A DNA stretch of 64,000 nt from Octopus sinensis (Eukaryota). The notes beneath the pieces were generated by a model. It saw only the letters and a list, made by a program, of their open reading frames with translations. It made no database searches and was not told the origin of the DNA. The position numbers were made by a program, and so were the translations under genes. This document shows, piece by piece, positions 52,395 to 64,000 of the stretch (the stretch's first letter is position 1; every line of letters begins with the position of its first letter). Location: NCBI RefSeq assembly GCF_006345805.1, contig NC_043014.1, positions 54,560,001-54,624,000 on the forward strand, written 5' to 3'.

Positions 52395-52680
52395 CTGAGA
52401 AGAAATAATTGTAAGTTAATCAGGTTAGTATTTGTGAAATTGGAAATTTTAATCTATTACAATTTGCATTTAGTCAGAGAGTCTGTAGACTCTTTTTACA
52501 GTTTTACCGATTCCAACTCTGAATCTGGAAACTTAATAATTGCATCTACATACACTCAACAGCCATCATCATCATTTAACTTCTTTACTCCAGTTGTCTG
52601 CTTTGGAATGGTTTCTGCAGCTGGATACCCTTCCTAATGCTAATAGATAGATAAATAGATAGATCGATAGATAGACAGAT

Positions 52681-52916
52681 AAAGGCGGTGCGCTGGCAGA
52701 GACACTAGCACGCCGAGCGAAGTGCTTAGCGGTATTTCGTCTGCCGTTATGTTCTGAGTTCAAATTCCGCTCAGGTCGACTTTGCCTTTCATCGTTTCGG
52801 GGTCGATTAAATAAGTACCAGTTACGCACTGGGGTCGATGTAATCGACTTAATCCGTTTGTCTGTCCTTGTTTGTCCCCTCTGTATGTTTAGCCCCTTGT
52901 GGGTAATAAAGAAATA
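52681..52916 (+). mobile_element. SINE family B, full length
   Basis: aaggcggtgcgctggcagagac...gggtaataaagaaata. Confidence 0.92.
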
Positions 52917-53219
52917 GATAGATAGATGAAGGTGCGAATATTGCAATGTGGTAAGAAGTCTGCTTTCCAATCACAGGCATGGAAAAGAGAGGATGTTAAA
53001 ATAAGGATGAAAATGATAAAAACATTTAAGCGTGTGTGCGTGTTGGTTGTGGATGATAAAGTACCTGGGTGATGGGTGAGTTGTGTCCCTTTACTTTGAA
53101 AGCGGGTTTGGCTGTTTGATAAACAGATCAATATCATAAGAACAAAACAAGAACACTGGAGTCATTGTAATTGACTAAGAATTCTTAAAGGACTCACAGG
53201 AGCCATTTTTATATATATA

Positions 53220-53384
53220 TAGGTGCAGGAGCGGCTGTGTGGTAAGTAGCTTGCTTACCAACCACATGGTTCCGGGTTCAGTCCCACTGCATGGCACCTT
53301 GGGCAAGTGTCTTCTACTATAGCCTCGGGCTGACCAAAGCCTTGTGAGTGGATTTGGTAGACGGAAACTAAGAGAAGCCCGTTG

Positions 53385-53395
<11 letters not shown>
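53220..53395 (+). mobile_element. SINE family A, 5' half
   Basis: aggtgcaggagcggctgtgtgg...gaagcccgttg(ta)n. Confidence 0.9.
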
Positions 53396-53415
<20 letters not shown>

Positions 53416-53444
53416 TATATATGTTTGTGTGTATATATGTTTGT

Positions 53445-53660
53445 GTGTTACCGTATTTATTTTGAGATGCTCTGTGTTTCATTCAATTAATTTTAAATAT
53501 AAGAAAGAATTTAGTAAAAGAACTTAATTATCATTCAGTTAGTGTTGGAAACATAAATTGTGACTAAGGTTTGGTGGAAGATTTTAATTCAAAACTTATG
53601 AAAACAAGACATTTGTACTACAAAGCCAGAGGCAGTTTTGGCTGGGTTGGTATCAAAAGG
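53445..53660. mobile_element. piggyBac-type MITE of the 18267 family, one end eroded; duplicated at ~54933-55148
   Basis: Ends ttggtatcaaaaggg|ttaa; body is the reverse complement of 18267-18490. Confidence 0.75.
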
Positions 53661-54364
53661 GTTAAACCCTTGAAGGCCATGCCCCAGCATGGCCAAAGTC
53701 TAATGACTGTGATAAATAACAGATGTGTGTGTGTGTGGGTAGTAGTAGTAGTGTCAACTTGTTTGTCAATACATTCCAACCTTATAAGATCCAAAGTATT
53801 TAAATCTCCCCAGATACACCACGATTAAAAAAAAAGGGGATTCCAAACAGAAAAATTGGGTCTTTCCCGTAGTAGTCGTAGTGGTGGTGGTGATAGTATT
53901 AGTTGCAGAAGAATGGTAGAAATATTCTAAAACTGCATTGGAGAAGGTGGAATGGTATTTGGGGCATGTGTCTTGTGCAGCTTTTATGCATGTCATGCAC
54001 AGTAACTAAGTGGATTGATTGTTTTAAATTAAGGCATCGTTAAGGGGGGAAAAACAAACGAAGCAAATAAAAAAAAAAGAAGAGAAGAAAGAGGAAACCC
54101 TTCTGGAATATTTGTTATTTCCTTGTAATTCCTCCGTGTGTGTGTGTGTGTTGTATGGAAACTTTCTCAACACTTGAGAAATACTTGACAATTCTTCTTC
54201 TTCTTCTTACTGTTTGTAACAGAGTTTTTCTTTTTTTTCTGAATTGGTTGTTGTTTTGTTCCATTTATACAAACAACCGAGTTTTTTTTTTTTTGTAAAT
54301 GTGTGTGTGTATATGTTTATATGTGTATGTATATTTGTGTGTGCGTATATATACACACACATAG

Positions 54365-54516
54365 ACTGAGTGTGTGATAGGTGAAGCGTGATATGGCAAG
54401 GGATTACTGTATGTAAGTGTGTGTGTGTATACACACACTCACACACACACACACGCACACACACTTATATACAGTGATCATTTGCCATATCACGGTTCAC
54501 CTATCACACACTCAGT
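54365..54516. mobile_element. Small fold-back element; second copy at 55852-56007
   Basis: 35 bp terminal inverted repeat actgagtgtgtgataggtgaaccgtgatatggcaa, continuing imperfectly into (TG)n/(CA)n. Confidence 0.85.
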
Positions 54517-54881
54517 ACATTACGGATTTTTCTGGCTAATAGATGTAAATTCCTATCATGGACTCCTCAGTATATCGTGGGTTTCTACAGACAATTGCTA
54601 TTTATATTTTTTTTATATTTTAATTATTTCTGTAGGAGGTTTTGGAACATAACACCCGCGATAGTTGAAGGAATACTGTACATGGATACATTTATATACA
54701 TATATACATATATATAGGTGCAGGAGTGGCTGTGTGGTAAGTAGCTTGCTAACCAGCCACATGGTTCTGGGTTCAGTCCCACTGCGTGGCATCTTGGGCA
54801 AGTGTCTTCTGCTATAGCCTCGGGCCGACCAAAGCCTTGTGAGTGGATTTGGTAGACGGAAACTGAAAGAAGCCTGTCGTA

Positions 54882-54929
<48 letters not shown>

Positions 54930-56203
54930 TGTGTGTTACCGTATTTATTTTGAGATGCTCTGTGTTTCATTCAATTAATTTTAAATATAAGAAAGAATTT
55001 AGTAAAAGAACTTAATTATCATTCAGTTAGTGTTGGAAACATAAATTGTGACTAAGGTTTGGTGGAAGATTTTAATTCAAAACTTATGAAAACAAGACAT
55101 TTGTACTACAAAGCCAGAGGCAGTTTTGGCTGGGTTGGTATCAAAAGGGTTAAACCCTTGAAGGCCATGCCCCAGCATGGCCAAAGTCTAATGACTGTGA
55201 TAAATAACAGATGTGTGTGTGTGTGGGTAGTAGTAGTAGTGTCAACTTGTTTGTCAATACATTCCAACCTTATAAGATCCAAAGTATTTAAATCTCCCCA
55301 GATACACCACGATTAAAAAAAAAGGGGATTCCAAACAGAAAAATTGGGTCTTTCCCGTAGTAGTCGTAGTGGTGGTGGTGATAGTATTAGTTGCAGAAGA
55401 ATGGTAGAAATATTCTAAAACTGCATTGGAGAAGGTGGAATGGTATTTGGGGCATGTGTCTTGTGCAGCTTTTATGCATGTCATGCACAGTAACTAAGTG
55501 GATTGATTGTTTTAAATTAAGGCATCGTTAAGGGGGGAAAAACAAACGAAGCAAATAAAAAAAAAAGAAGAGAAGAAAGAGGAAACCCTTCTGGAATATT
55601 TGTTATTTCCTTGTAATTCCTCCGTGTGTGTGTGTGTGTTGTATGGAAACTTTCTCAACACTTGAGAAATACTTGACAATTCTTCTTCTTCTTCTTACTG
55701 TTTGTAACAGAGTTTTTCTTTTTTTTCTGAATTGGTTGTTGTTTTGTTCCATTTATACAAACAACCGAGTTTTTTTTTTTTGTAAATGTGTGTGTGTATA
55801 TGTTTATATTTGTATGTATATTTGTGTGTGCGTATATATACACACACATGGACTGAGTGTGTGATAGGTGAACCGTGATATGGCAAGGGATTACTGTATG
55901 TAAGTGTGTGTGTGTGTATACACACACTCACACACACACACACACACACACACACTTATATACAGTGATCATTTGCCATATCACGGTTCACCTATCACAC
56001 ACTCAGTACATTACGGATTTTTCTGGCTAATAGATGTAAATTCCTATCATGGACTCCTCAGTATATCGTGGGTTTCTACAGACAATTGCTATTTATATTT
56101 TTTTATATTTTAATTATTTCTGTAGGAGGTTTTGGAACATAACACCCGCGATAGTTGAAGGAATACTGTACATGGATACATTATATACATATATACATAT
56201 ATA

Positions 56204-56376
56204 TAGGTGCAGGAGTGGCTGTGTGGTAAGTAGCTTGCTAACCAGCCACATGGTTCTGGGTTCAGTCCCACTGCGTGGCATCTTGGGCAAGTGTCTTCTG
56301 CTATAGCCTCGGGCCGACCAAAGCCTTGTGAGTGGATTTGGTAGACGGAAACTGAAAGAAGCCTGTCGTATATATG

Positions 56377-56409
<33 letters not shown>

Positions 56410-56562
56410 CTGTGTTTGTCCCTCTAGCATTGCTTGACAACCGATGCTGGTGTGTTTACATCCCCGTCACTTAGCGGTTCGGCAAAAGAGACCGATAGAA
56501 TAAGTACTAAAGGCGGTGCTCCAGCATGGCCGCAGTCAAATGACTGAAACAAGTAAAAGAGT
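56204..56562 (+). mobile_element. SINE family A, full length
   Basis: Head through gtaaaaga tail. Confidence 0.92.
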
Positions 56563-57020
56563 ATACATTATACATACACATACTTACATACATATATATT
56601 TACACACACACACACACACACATGTAACCACATTTCAAAAGGGGAATATATTGGTGTTGTATAAGGAAGAGGGTCAGTTGTGTTCTGGGTAGGACTGTCC
56701 CCTTCCGTCCCCTGCTCTCCTTTCCTCTACCCCATGTCAATTCTTATTGAAGTGATGAAGAGAAGAGACCCTCTCAAGCCTCATACAAAGAAAGGGCATC
56801 CAGCCATTGAAAATATGCCAGGAGTAGCATGCAGTAAGAGCCAGGCATGAACTTTGCAAACCTCATTGCAGGCTGTTTGTGAAAGGCGTGGGGCAGGGCA
56901 GAGGAAGGGGGGAGAGGGGGGTGTCTCTTTAGTCTTTCCCCCATGGGACATCCTATCCAGTGCTGATGACATGGCACAATGCACTCAAGATATATGAAAC
57001 AACAAAGGTTGGCTGCGTTG

Positions 57021-57068
<48 letters not shown>

Positions 57069-57269
57069 TGATCCAGCCAGGGATGAGGTGTCCACTCAAT
57101 ACTCGTATGGAAAAAACAGGCAGCAGAAATTTTATATATGTATATATATATATATATATTATATAAATTTAGATTTAAAATGAGGGTGAGAAATTTGATA
57201 TTAATTTAATTAACATCAATTTCACATCAGTGTCCACATAGTGGTCACCCCTCTCATATGTATATATGT

Positions 57270-57482
57270 ATTCAAAATGTGACCGCGTGTGTACCGTTGG
57301 CGATTTTTTTCCCTCTGTCTTCCCTTCTCTGGATCTTTCCTTCTCCTTTGTTTCCGACGAAGAGCTCCGCTCGAAACGTTAAACCCTCCTTCTTTCTTGA
57401 GCATCCAATAATACTATATTTGTTCCACGTCCTCGCATTGTTGTGTTTTTTTTGTGCTTTCTTGTTTGGATTAACTTTATTA
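57270..57482 (+). mobile_element. Penelope-like terminal repeat
   Basis: Contains the motif below and is bounded by TA tracts; same architecture as 21003-21180. Confidence 0.55.
57350..57384 (+). ncRNA. Minimal type I hammerhead-like motif
   Basis: gttt CCGACGA a GAGC tcc GCTC GAAAC GTT aaac; stem I GTTT/AAAC, stem II 4 bp, palindromic ACGT stem III, U4-to-C variant. Confidence 0.6.
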
Positions 57483-57489
57483 TATATAT

Positions 57490-58180
57490 TACCCTGATGG
57501 AACAAAATCCCATCGTAACTGTTGAGGAACTAGCAGAGAAGCTTGGATTTGGCCATTCAACCATTCATCGATACCTGCATGCCATTGGAAAAGTCAGCAA
57601 ATTGAGTGAATGTGTGCTCTTCTTTGCTGTCATGTCTCAAGAATTAACCTCTTTTGGACCGAATAGTGACTGGTGACGAGAAATGGGTTCTCTATAAAAA
57701 ATGTCAAGCGCCAAAGACAATACGTAGGGAACGGAGAAACACCGGTACCCCAGGCTAAAGAAGGTCTTCACCCATGTAAGGGGTTGTTATCTGATTGGTC
57801 GTTTGGTCCAATTTGAACGTTTAAACCCAAACCAAACGATAACAAAGGAGATCTACTGGGATCAACTTGAGCAACTTAAGTCAGCGCTATAAGAAAAGCG
57901 ACCATCTTTGGCTTCAAAACAAAAGGTGTTGTTCTTCCTTCAGGATAATGCTTGGCCACTTACAGCGAGGTTGACATTCCAAAGGCTGGAGTAGTTTGAA
58001 TGGGAAACGATGCTCCACCCACCATATTCGCCAGACATTGCTCCATCTGATTATCATTTATTCCACAATCTTCAAAATCATATGGACGGAAAAAATATGA
58101 ATTCTGTAGACGAGGTCCGAACAGTACTGGAGGAGTACTTTTCATCACGAGCAAGTGAATTTTGGAAGAGGGGCCTTGCG
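57490..58180 (+). pseudogene. mariner (DD34D) transposase relic
   Basis: HTH segment TVEELAEKLGFGHSTIHRYL; VTGDEKW; QDNA + 34 residues + D in HPPYSPDIAPSDYHLF; stops and frameshifts. Confidence 0.95.
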
Positions 58181-58216
58181 AGTTCTTTTGATTTCTGATC
58201 GGTTACGACGAGAGAT

Positions 58217-58240
58217 AAGATCTCACTGCAGTGAGATCTT
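58217..58240. repeat. Perfect 24 bp palindrome
   Basis: AAGATCTCACTG-CAGTGAGATCTT. Confidence 0.95.
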
Positions 58241-59473
58241 CAAATCTTAAAAGCTTTCCTTGAGGTAAACATTCCAAGGCTGCACCAAACAGTGACAGCA
58301 ACAAAAGACAAAGTGGCGATTCCTTTTTGTTTATTTATTTTCTGTCTCTGATAGTTTCAGAATTCACTCATCATCATCATCTTACATCTGTTTTCCATGT
58401 CGGCATGAGTCAGATGGTTTCACTGGAGCTGGCAAGTCAGAGAGCATAGTTTCCATGACTGGATGCCCTTCCTAATGCCAACCTCTTTACAGAGTGTACT
58501 TTTATTATTATTATTATTATTTTTGCTTAGGCACCATGTATTCTGGACTTCATTATTCAATATGTCCCTTAAAATAAAACAACAAAGTGTGATTTAAGGG
58601 AGATTTGGTTGCTATTTTTAGAAGGGCAAGTGATTATATGGCAGCCCCTAATTCGGTCTCCCTCTGAATGACTAGTGTTCTTCCTGATAATTTTTGCTTT
58701 TATTTCTCTTCTTGTATTCTACTCAAAAACCATTTCATTGCCTCAAGGTTCTGTGAAAAGATTTCTGAGGTTCTGCAAGATAAAATGTCTTTCAATGAGA
58801 CTAAATATTTATTCCATTTAAAACCAAAATATGGTTCACCATTTTCAAAATAATAGGTTACTCTATGTTTGTTTGTTTTTTTAATTACGAATAAATTATC
58901 ATCCCAATTAATGTTTTCTTTAATGACAGGGATTCTCCTCAAAATATAGGAATGGGTTTTGTGAGCCCTTGGAAAGGCTCTATTCACACTTCTTCTCATA
59001 GCCCTTTCGATACCAACCCATCTGGAACCACCTCTTTGGTTCTTCTGTGATACAAATTTTCTGTTTTAAAAGGATCTAAACGAAAACCTTCCATTGAAAT
59101 TCCAAGTTAATCCAAAGACCAGATTTTAAAGTCAAGATTATTTGGATAAACTGGAACAAAAGCAGAGTATTTCCACAGAAATAAGGTACCAAGATGGTTA
59201 GAATTAAAATCCCTCCCTAAACTGTGAGGGCTGAGGGCATTTTAAGGCGAGTAACATGTAACTTTGTTGGGTCTTTGTTGTTGTTGTTGTTTGGCCCTCA
59301 AGTCAGCCATGATTCAGTAGACCCCTTATGATCAAAGGCATTCCAGTCTTTACACCCAACTCCTATCGATTTTAAGGAGTACAGAATCCATTGTCTCCCT
59401 CCACTGCTTCTACACCATTGTGTCTCGCTAATAAATCAATATTTAATGTTATTAAGAAGAGAAAATTAGAAAG

Positions 59474-59514
<41 letters not shown>

Positions 59515-59766
59515 TTCCTTCCCCTTTCCTCTTCCATTTTCTCTCCCTCTTTCTCTCTCTCTCGCTCTTCCTTTCCTCCCCCCCTCTCTCTCTCAAATGG
59601 CTGAAACAACCCTATGAAGTTCAGATGTAGAATTTATAACAGAAATAGTGGTGCTGGTGCGGCCCCAAGTCAGACCTACATCAAAGGGTGTATGATCAAA
59701 GACATTGATTCTGCCCTACCTTTAAGAGTTATACGTTCTTGTCCATGTTGTATTTTTCTACATACC

Positions 59767-59804
<38 letters not shown>

Positions 59805-60325
59805 TGTGGACTACATTGTCCAGTGTGTCCTTCCTCTTTTAAGACAGTAGAGCTTGATTTTAGGGTGATTTCATTGCTATTTCTAGCAGACTAAGCTGCT
59901 GTGTGGAGGCTTCCTTCTTGGCTCATATACTACACAATCGTTGTTGTTTAGCCCCAGCTGGGGCTTGATCCCACAGACTTATGAAGAAAGGCATTACAGC
60001 CACGAGTGATCCTAGGATCTCTGTATCACTGGATCAGCCAGACTCTTGGATGCTTTTATCCATCGCTCGTCTCAATTCACTTCTCCCTCTTTCTTCATCG
60101 TGCCAACCTCCTCCGTTTTGGCCCCAAATTGTTTCACTAAATCTTCTTCCCATTCTCACAAAGACCTTCCAATGGCCGTTTCCAATCTCTTGGATAGAAC
60201 TTGGCGATTGAACAGGTCCATCAATTGTCTTTGAAACTTTCAACATGTCTGGTGTTGTTTGAGGGAGGTTTGGCTGCTATTAATAGGTTGAGTAACAACA
60301 TAAGCCTCTGTCCCTTACTCATGTT

Positions 60326-60723
60326 CTTTTACTTGTTTCAGTCATTTGGCTGCGGCCATGCTGGAGCACCGCCTTTAATCGAGCAACTCGACCCCAGGAC
60401 TTATTCTTTGTAAGCCCAGTACTTATTCTATCGGTCTCTTTTGCCGAACTACTAAGTAACGGGGACATAAACACACCAGCATCGGTTGTCAAGCAATGCT
60501 AGGGGGACAAACACAAACATACACGCACACACATATATACATATATATACATATATACGACGGGCTTCTTTCAGTTTCCGTCTACCAAATCCACTCACAA
60601 GGCATTGGTCGGCCCGAGGCTTATAGTAGAAGACACTTGCCCAAGGTGCCACGCAGTGGGACTGAACCCGGAACCATGTGGTTGGTAAACAAGCTACTTA
60701 CCACACAGCCACTCCTGCACCTA
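60326..60723 (-). mobile_element. SINE family A, full length
   Basis: Reverse complement of the 62183 copy. Confidence 0.92.
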
Positions 60724-61480
60724 TACATGCATGAAATCCGGAGACTCATTATTTAATGTGTCCATTTCAGGATGTGGTTTGAGTGAGGCTTGGCTGCTAT
60801 TTCTAGCTAGTTTAGTGGATTTCATTGAGGCTCCTTCCTGGCCATTGTGGATTTTGATGCAATGTGAGGTAGAGGAATGTTTTGTTTTTTTTGTTTGAAA
60901 AGAAATTAAAAAAAAGAAAGGAAAAAGGTAACTAGGTGGTGGTGAAGTAAGCAGCCCCACCAAGCTGAAGGTCCCCTCCATTGTGTGGTTGTGGTTTTGT
61001 GAATGTGAAGGGGACATTTGATGACAGGATTGTGTGTGGGGACAATGTGCTGAGAAAGCAAGCATTCAGTGAATGAACGAAGGAGAAAAGCAGTGTTTAG
61101 TCAGGTAGATAAGCCCCAAGGTTTTCAGAATGGATGCTCTAAATATAGAGTCTGGCTCCTGGGCCTCCCTTTCTTTTTTTTCTCTTTTTTTATATTTTTT
61201 GTAATTTTTTCCATCCTTCCCAATACTTTTGTAAACCTCACTTCAATGAATTCCCCCTCACCCCGTCCCTCCCTCCCACTGCCTCCTTGGCTCTCTTAGT
61301 CTGTCCACCTGCTCTTCACATCAGGTGTGTATGATGTTGTTACTGGGAGTTGGTCGTTGCAGTGGTGGTGGTGGCAGCAGTGGTGGTGGTGGTAACGGTA
61401 ACAGTTATTGTGGTGGGCAGACTTAAATGCTAATTAGCAGTTATCATCTTGCCAAACATTGAGAGTCTAGGTGGCATGCA

Positions 61481-61970
61481 GTGATGATGATGATGGTGAT
61501 GGTGATGATGGTGGTGGTGATGGTGATGGTGATGATGATGATGGTGAAGATAATGGTGGTGATGATGGTGATGATGATGGTGATGAAGATAATGGTGGTG
61601 GTGATGGTGATGATGGTGATGATGGTGATGATGGTGATGATGATGGTGATGGTGATGGTGATGGTGATGATGGTGATGGTGATGGTGGTGGTGATGATGA
61701 TGATGATGATGATGATGGTGATGGTGATGGTGATGGTGATGGTGGTGGTGATGATGATGATGATGATGATGATGATGGTGATGGTGATGGTGATGGTGAT
61801 GGTGGTGGTGATGATGATGATGATGATGGTGATGATGGTGATGGTGATGATGATGGTGATGATGATGATGGTGATGATGATGGTGATGATGGTGATGGTG
61901 ATGGTGATGATGATGGTGATGATGATGGTGATGGTGATGATGATGGTGATGATGGTGGTGGTGATGATGA
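61481..61970. repeat. (GAT/GGT)n trinucleotide expansion, ~490 bp
   Basis: Pure gat/ggt triplets with ~57-60 bp higher-order duplications. Confidence 0.97.
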
Positions 61971-62182
61971 AAGCAAAACAGTTTTTCACTGGTGAGTGAG
62001 TGTTTAGCTGATTCGGCTGGCAAACTAATCTAGACCTTATGTAGGTTTAATGGGATCTTTTCTACTTTAAAACAAAGTCAGTTTGCCAACATAATTCTTC
62101 TTCTGTGTTCTTGCGTTCAGTGTTTTTAACCCTTAAAAATAACATCCGCTTTTTTTTTGTTTTCTTTTATACAACAACTTTA

Positions 62183-62597
62183 TAGGCGCAGGAGTGGCTG
62201 TGTGGTAAGTAGCTTGCTTACCAACCACATGGTTCCGGGTTCAGTCCCACTGCGTGGCACCTTGGGCAAGTGTCTTCTACTATAGCCTCGGGCCGACCAA
62301 AGCCTTGTGAGTGGATTTGGTAGACGGAAACTGAAAAGAAGCCCGTCGTATATATGTATATATATATATATATATGTGTGTGTGTTTGTGTGTCTGTGTT
62401 TGTCTCTCTAGCATTGCTTGACAACCGATGCTGGTGTGTTTATGTCCCCGTTACTTAGCGGTTCGGTAAAAGAGACCGATAAAATAAGTACTGGGCTTAC
62501 AAAAGAATAAGTCCCGGGGTCGAGTTGTTCAATTAAAAGCGGTGCTCCAGCATGGCCGCAGTCAAATGACTGAAACAAGTAAAAGAGTAAAAGAGTA
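62183..62597 (+). mobile_element. SINE family A, full length, young
   Basis: taggcgcaggagtggctgtgtgg...gaaacaagtaaaagagtaaaagag. Confidence 0.93.
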
Positions 62598-64000
62598 ACT
62601 GCTCATAACTGTTCTAATTGTAGATTCTTGGTGTGGCCCTGTGGTAAACATACTTCCTAATCACGTGGTTTCAGGTTCTGTCCCACTGTGCAGCACCTTG
62701 GACAAGTGTCTTCTATAGCTCCAGGTCAACCAAAGCCTTGTGAGTGGATTTGGTTGACGAAAACTGAAAGAAGCCCTGTGTGTGTGTGCCTGTAAACTCT
62801 TGTCTTAACATCACATGATGGTTGTAAACGAGGCAACGTACTTGCTTCTGGTCTTCTGTGAAAAACCTGTCTGGCAATGGGAGAAGTGTCCCCTTGCATG
62901 GAAACAGGTTTGTGTTGGCAACAGTGAGAGCATCCAGCTTTAGAAAATCTGCCTCAACAGATTCCATCTGGCCCTGGAAAACCTTTTTAGTCAATTCTAG
63001 GTTTGCCGTGATCCAGTTTGACCTATGGTCAGAAGTATTCTAGATGTGATAATCTTAGCTTTTATTCAGGCATGGTGCACCTAGGACTACATTATCTAAT
63101 GTGTCTTTTTTTCCGTAAGGTGGTAAGATATAATTTGGAAGGGAATTCTAACTGCTGTGTAGACTTAACACCCACCACCTCACTTTTGGGTATCTTTTCT
63201 CAAATCCTTTGTGTTGCAACCAAGCCTTAATCTTCAGTCCCTCTAAGCCTTTAAAAAAAAAAGTCCAGTGACCCCATAAAATGAAAATCCAAGGATGGCC
63301 TTTGTTGCATTAATAGTCAGTGCTGGTGTCTTCCTCTCCTTTCACTTTTTCCATCTTCTGCTTTCTTTCTTTATTTTTTACTTATTTTTTTTCTTTGTTT
63401 CTTTTTCATATTTCTCTAGTTTTTCTTTTTTTTATTTGTATTTTTTTTTCTCACCTTCTTATCGCCTTTCTTTCTTTCTTTCACATTATTTGCTATAGTT
63501 TTAGTAGCAACCAGTTTGAAACCACCCTTGGTTCTACGATAAAAGGTTCCCATTTTAAAATCACCTAAATTAAAACTTTGTTTTCCAAAATTTCATGTTG
63601 ATTTATGTTCCAAACAACAGTTTAATTAATAATGACAAAATTATTTTACTAAGTTCTTCGTTATTCTCAAAATTAATTGAAACAAAGAAAGTGTAATTCA
63701 ACAGAAAAATGATAAAAAAAAAAAAAGATTGAAATCTGTCACTACAAATATATTTTGCTTCTTTGATTGATTCTTGGGTGAAAGATTTCTTCAGGTCTCA
63801 GACAATTAAAAAGAAAAGAAAAAAAAGTGTTTCTATTTGTTAAAATTGAGAAATTCAATCCAGTTGTGACAACTGTATTAAGTTCACCCCAGGAGTCTTT
63901 ACATGGTTATTTGACCATCAGATCTCTCTCAAACCTCACCCTACTGTCTTTGAAACTGAAGGACACATTGCATCATGTAGTCTTAGATACATAATGACTG

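Larger units (their letters stand above)
53433..56390. repeat. Tandem segmental duplication, period ~1488 bp
   Basis: gtttgtgtgttaccg at 53439 and 54927; identical ORFs at 53571/55059 and 53766/55254; a few substitutions and microsatellite length changes. Confidence 0.97.

Noticed and set aside
52212-52637. 141 aa plus-strand ORF
   Set aside because: Starts in a (CAT/CAC)n repeat, ends in a SINE and has no recognisable domain; the stronger splice signals are on the opposite strand.
61430-62023. Poly-His / poly-Asp-Gly proteins
   Set aside because: Trinucleotide array with no splice or coding context.

Overview
AT-rich, repeat-dense eukaryotic DNA with no recognisable intact protein-coding gene, rRNA, tRNA or CRISPR array. 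The repeat landscape suggests a coleoid cephalopod, probably Octopus; this is inference, not a database result. That landscape includes three abundant SINE-like families, RTE and CR1 LINE relics, mariner/piggyBac/hAT relics and very many (TA)n/(CA)n/(GATA)n tracts. Nearly all ORFs in the supplied track are microsatellite or repeat artefacts. Two CpG-retaining, TE-poor blocks (~2.3-9.5 kb and ~36.9-44.1 kb) alternate with CpG-depleted, TE-rich blocks, and a few weak candidate exons exist on both strands. The most interesting signal is structured RNA. Several minimal type I hammerhead-ribozyme motifs (CUGANGA..GAAAC..GUH with a palindromic stem III) sit in Penelope-like terminal repeats at 15.6, 20.5-20.6, 21.1, 23.2 and 57.4 kb. 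A non-tRNA SINE family has a 5' head carrying a tandemly iterated hairpin/pseudoknot module. There is also a high density of long fold-back elements and inverted repeat pairs (potential dsRNA/ADAR substrates), plus three recent microsatellite-bounded tandem duplications. All coordinates and folds were read by eye.
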